From an uncultured Acidobacteriota bacterium (GTDB taxonomy: Bacteria; Acidobacteriota; Thermoanaerobaculia; Multivoradales; DATKCC01), in assembly GCA_963837945.1 (NCBI GenBank), contig CAWIQD010000026.1, forward strand, positions 151,754-215,753: 64,000 nucleotides of DNA. Direction: 5' to 3'. Each line of letters opens with the position of its first letter. Position 1 is the stretch's first letter. Below the pieces are notes generated by a model. That model was not told the DNA's origin. It saw nothing but the letters and a program-made list of their open reading frames with translations, and made no database searches. A program made the translations under genes and the position numbers. Below are positions 62,376 through 64,000 of the stretch, in pieces.

Positions 62376-63226
62376 GCGCCGCGAAGAAGCGCGGCCTGGG
62401 GCGCGGGCTCGACGCCCTGCTCGCGGACGAGCCGGCGCGCAGCCTGCCGGTCGACCGCCTGCGTCCGAACCGGTTCCAGCCGCGCACCGACTTCGACGAC
62501 GCCAAGCTCGCCGAGCTGGCGGAGTCGATCCGCGCCCAGGGCGTGGTCCAGCCGATCGTCGTCACGCCCGACGGCAGCGGCGGCTTCACCATCATCGCCG
62601 GCGAGCGGCGCTGGCGGGCGGCCCGCAAGGCGGGGCTCGCCGAGGTGCCGGTCGCGGTCCGCGAGGTCTCGGGCGACCGCGAGCTCCTGGAGCTCGCCCT
62701 GGTCGAGAACCTCCAGCGCAGCGACTTGAACCCGGTCGAGGAGGCCGAGGCCTACCGCACCCTCGCCACCAGCTTCGACCTCTCGCAGGAGGAGATCGCT
62801 CTGCGGGTCGGCAAGAGCCGTACGACGGTGACCAACGCCCTGCGGCTCCTCAACCTGCCGGGCGAGATCCTCGACGAGGTGCGCAGCGGGCGGCTCACGG
62901 CCGGCCAGGCCAGGCCGCTCCTCGCGATCAAGGACCGCGCCCGCCAGCTCGCCCTGGCGCGCGAGGCGGCACAGGAGAGCCTCACCGCCCGGCAGCTCGA
63001 GCGCCGCTCGAGCCCCGGCCGGCGCCCGAAGACCCGACGGGCGCCCGCACCGGAGGAGCCCGAGGTCTTCGCCGCCGCGGCCGCCGAGAAGCTCACCAAG
63101 CGGTACCAGACCAAGGTCGAGATCCGTCGCCAGCCGCCGCGGGGCGTGATCCAGATCCATTTCCACTCGGAGGAGGAGCTCATCCGCCTCTACGACCAGC
63201 TCATGGAGCGAGGAGGACGTCGATGA
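62372..63226 (+). CDS. parB: Chromosome partitioning protein ParB (Spo0J)
   Basis: GTG overlaps parA stop (GTGA). ParB box GERRWRAA, HTH, C-terminal dimerisation domain. Confidence 0.9.
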   Translation: MSAAKKRGLGRGLDALLADEPARSLPVDRLRPNRFQPRTDFDDAKLAELAESIRAQGVVQPIVVTPDGSGGFTIIAGERRWRAARKAGLAEVPVAVREVSGDRELLELALVENLQRSDLNPVEEAEAYRTLATSFDLSQEEIALRVGKSRTTVTNALRLLNLPGEILDEVRSGRLTAGQARPLLAIKDRARQLALAREAAQESLTARQLERRSSPGRRPKTRRAPAPEEPEVFAAAAAEKLTKRYQTKVEIRRQPPRGVIQIHFHSEEELIRLYDQLMERGGRR

Positions 63227-63658
63227 TCTTCAGGGCGGACAATCCGGAAGGCGAGCTCAACGGGTTCGTGGACGCGGGAAGCCACTTCCGGGGCGAAGCT
63301 CCGGTTCGAGACGACCTTCCGCGTCGACGGCAAGGTCGAGGGCGCGATCGTCTCGAGCGGCACCCTGGTCGTGGGCGAGGGGGGCGAGGTGGACGGCGAG
63401 GTGCGGGTGGGTCAGATCTTCATCTCGGGGACGGTCCGGGGCTCGGTCCAGGCGAGCCGCAAGATCCAGCTCTGCGCCGCCGGCAAGATCTTCGCCGACC
63501 TCGAGACCCCTTCGCTGGTGATCGAAGACGGGGCGATGTTCGACGGCCGCTGCGTGATGAGCCGGGAGCGCCAGGCCGAGCCCGCCCAGGGGGGCGTTCC
63601 GGCCCGCCCGGCCGCGGTCAAGCCGATCCAGCCGGTCTCCGCGCGCAACGAGCATTGA
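63223..63658 (+). CDS. Bactofilin (CcmA/BacA-like cytoskeletal protein); apparent +1 frameshift near 63298
   Basis: ATG overlaps parB stop (ATGA). N-terminal 25 aa in one frame. The bactofilin beta-helix core (LRFETTFRVDGKVEGAIVSSGTLVVGEGGEVDGEVRVGQIFISGTVRG...GAMFDGRCVMS) is in the +1 frame. Removing one g in gaaGctc restores GELRFE. Confidence 0.75.
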
Positions 63659-63673
63659 GAGCCTGAGCCAGTG

Positions 63674-64000
63674 CTACGGCGCCTCGAGGCGTCCCGGCCC
63701 GCCGCCCTCGAGCGTCTCGTAGGAGGGCACGAAGGTGAGGGGGTGGGCCTTCAGGAACTCCCGGCTGAACGCCTCGGTGAGCACCCGGCCGTCGAGGTCC
63801 CGGGCGACCGGCAGCCCCAGCCCGTAGAGCAGCGTCGGCGCCACGTCGACCAGCCCGGCACCGGTGATCAGCGTGTCGGGACGGATCCCCTCGCCCAGGA
63901 GGAGCACGACCCCGTCCGGTGCGCCGTCCAGCCGGCCTCCGAGGGCGGGCCGTCCGGCCGCCGCGAGCCAGGCCCGGGACAGCCCGCCCAGGGTGTCGAC
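63674..64000 (-). CDS. C-terminal part of an alkaline-phosphatase-superfamily enzyme (sulfatase/phosphomutase/nucleotide pyrophosphatase-like); gene continues beyond window
   Basis: ORF ending 63674 with ..GIRPDTLITGAGLVDVAPTLLYGLGLPVARDLDGRVL.., typical of the C-terminal metal-binding region of AP-superfamily proteins. No stop before window end. Confidence 0.45.
   Translation of the reverse strand, partial: VDTLGGLSRAWLAAAGRPALGGRLDGAPDGVVLLLGEGIRPDTLITGAGLVDVAPTLLYGLGLPVARDLDGRVLTEAFSREFLKAHPLTFVPSYETLEGGGPGRLEAP

Overview
High-GC (~70%) bacterial chromosomal window, probably from a Gram-negative lineage (OM beta-barrel, YidC/Jag/ParAB organisation). Two functional halves. (1) ~1-33 kb looks like accessory/metabolic DNA. 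It holds an ABC-F ATPase and a frameshifted di-haem c-type cytochrome. It holds a complete phenolic-lipid (alkylresorcinol/alkylpyrone-type) operon: membrane protein, type III PKS, ICMT-like methyltransferase, ACP, fatty acyl-AMP ligase, FAD-oxidoreductase, OM barrel. It holds a DUF2064 protein and a Fe3+-type ABC importer translationally coupled to a radical SAM protein with a C-terminal Cys-rich domain, followed by a metallophosphoesterase. hemH, a 2Fe-2S ferredoxin, an MFS pump, a DUF255 thioredoxin-fold protein, sspB and others follow. (2) ~33-64 kb is the replication-origin neighbourhood. It holds gyrA-gyrB-recF-dnaN-dnaA (minus strand) with DnaA-box clusters, then sppA, a rimK/retropepsin/AstE-like trio, mutY, dnaX-ybaB-recR, SRP RNA (ffs), tadA, two tRNA-Ser, rpmH-rnpA-yidD-yidC-jag, rsmG-parA-parB and a bactofilin. 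mnmE/mnmG are absent between jag and rsmG. In their place sits a small LAGLIDADG-like ORF next to two CRISPR-like hairpin repeats. Two further observations: at least six genes (including essential dnaN and rnpA) carry apparent single-base +1 frameshifts, most parsimoniously assembly indels. A hairpin-forming intergenic repeat family occurs at two loci. Most long Arg/Gly/Pro-rich ORFs in the six-frame track are high-GC shadow frames and were ignored.
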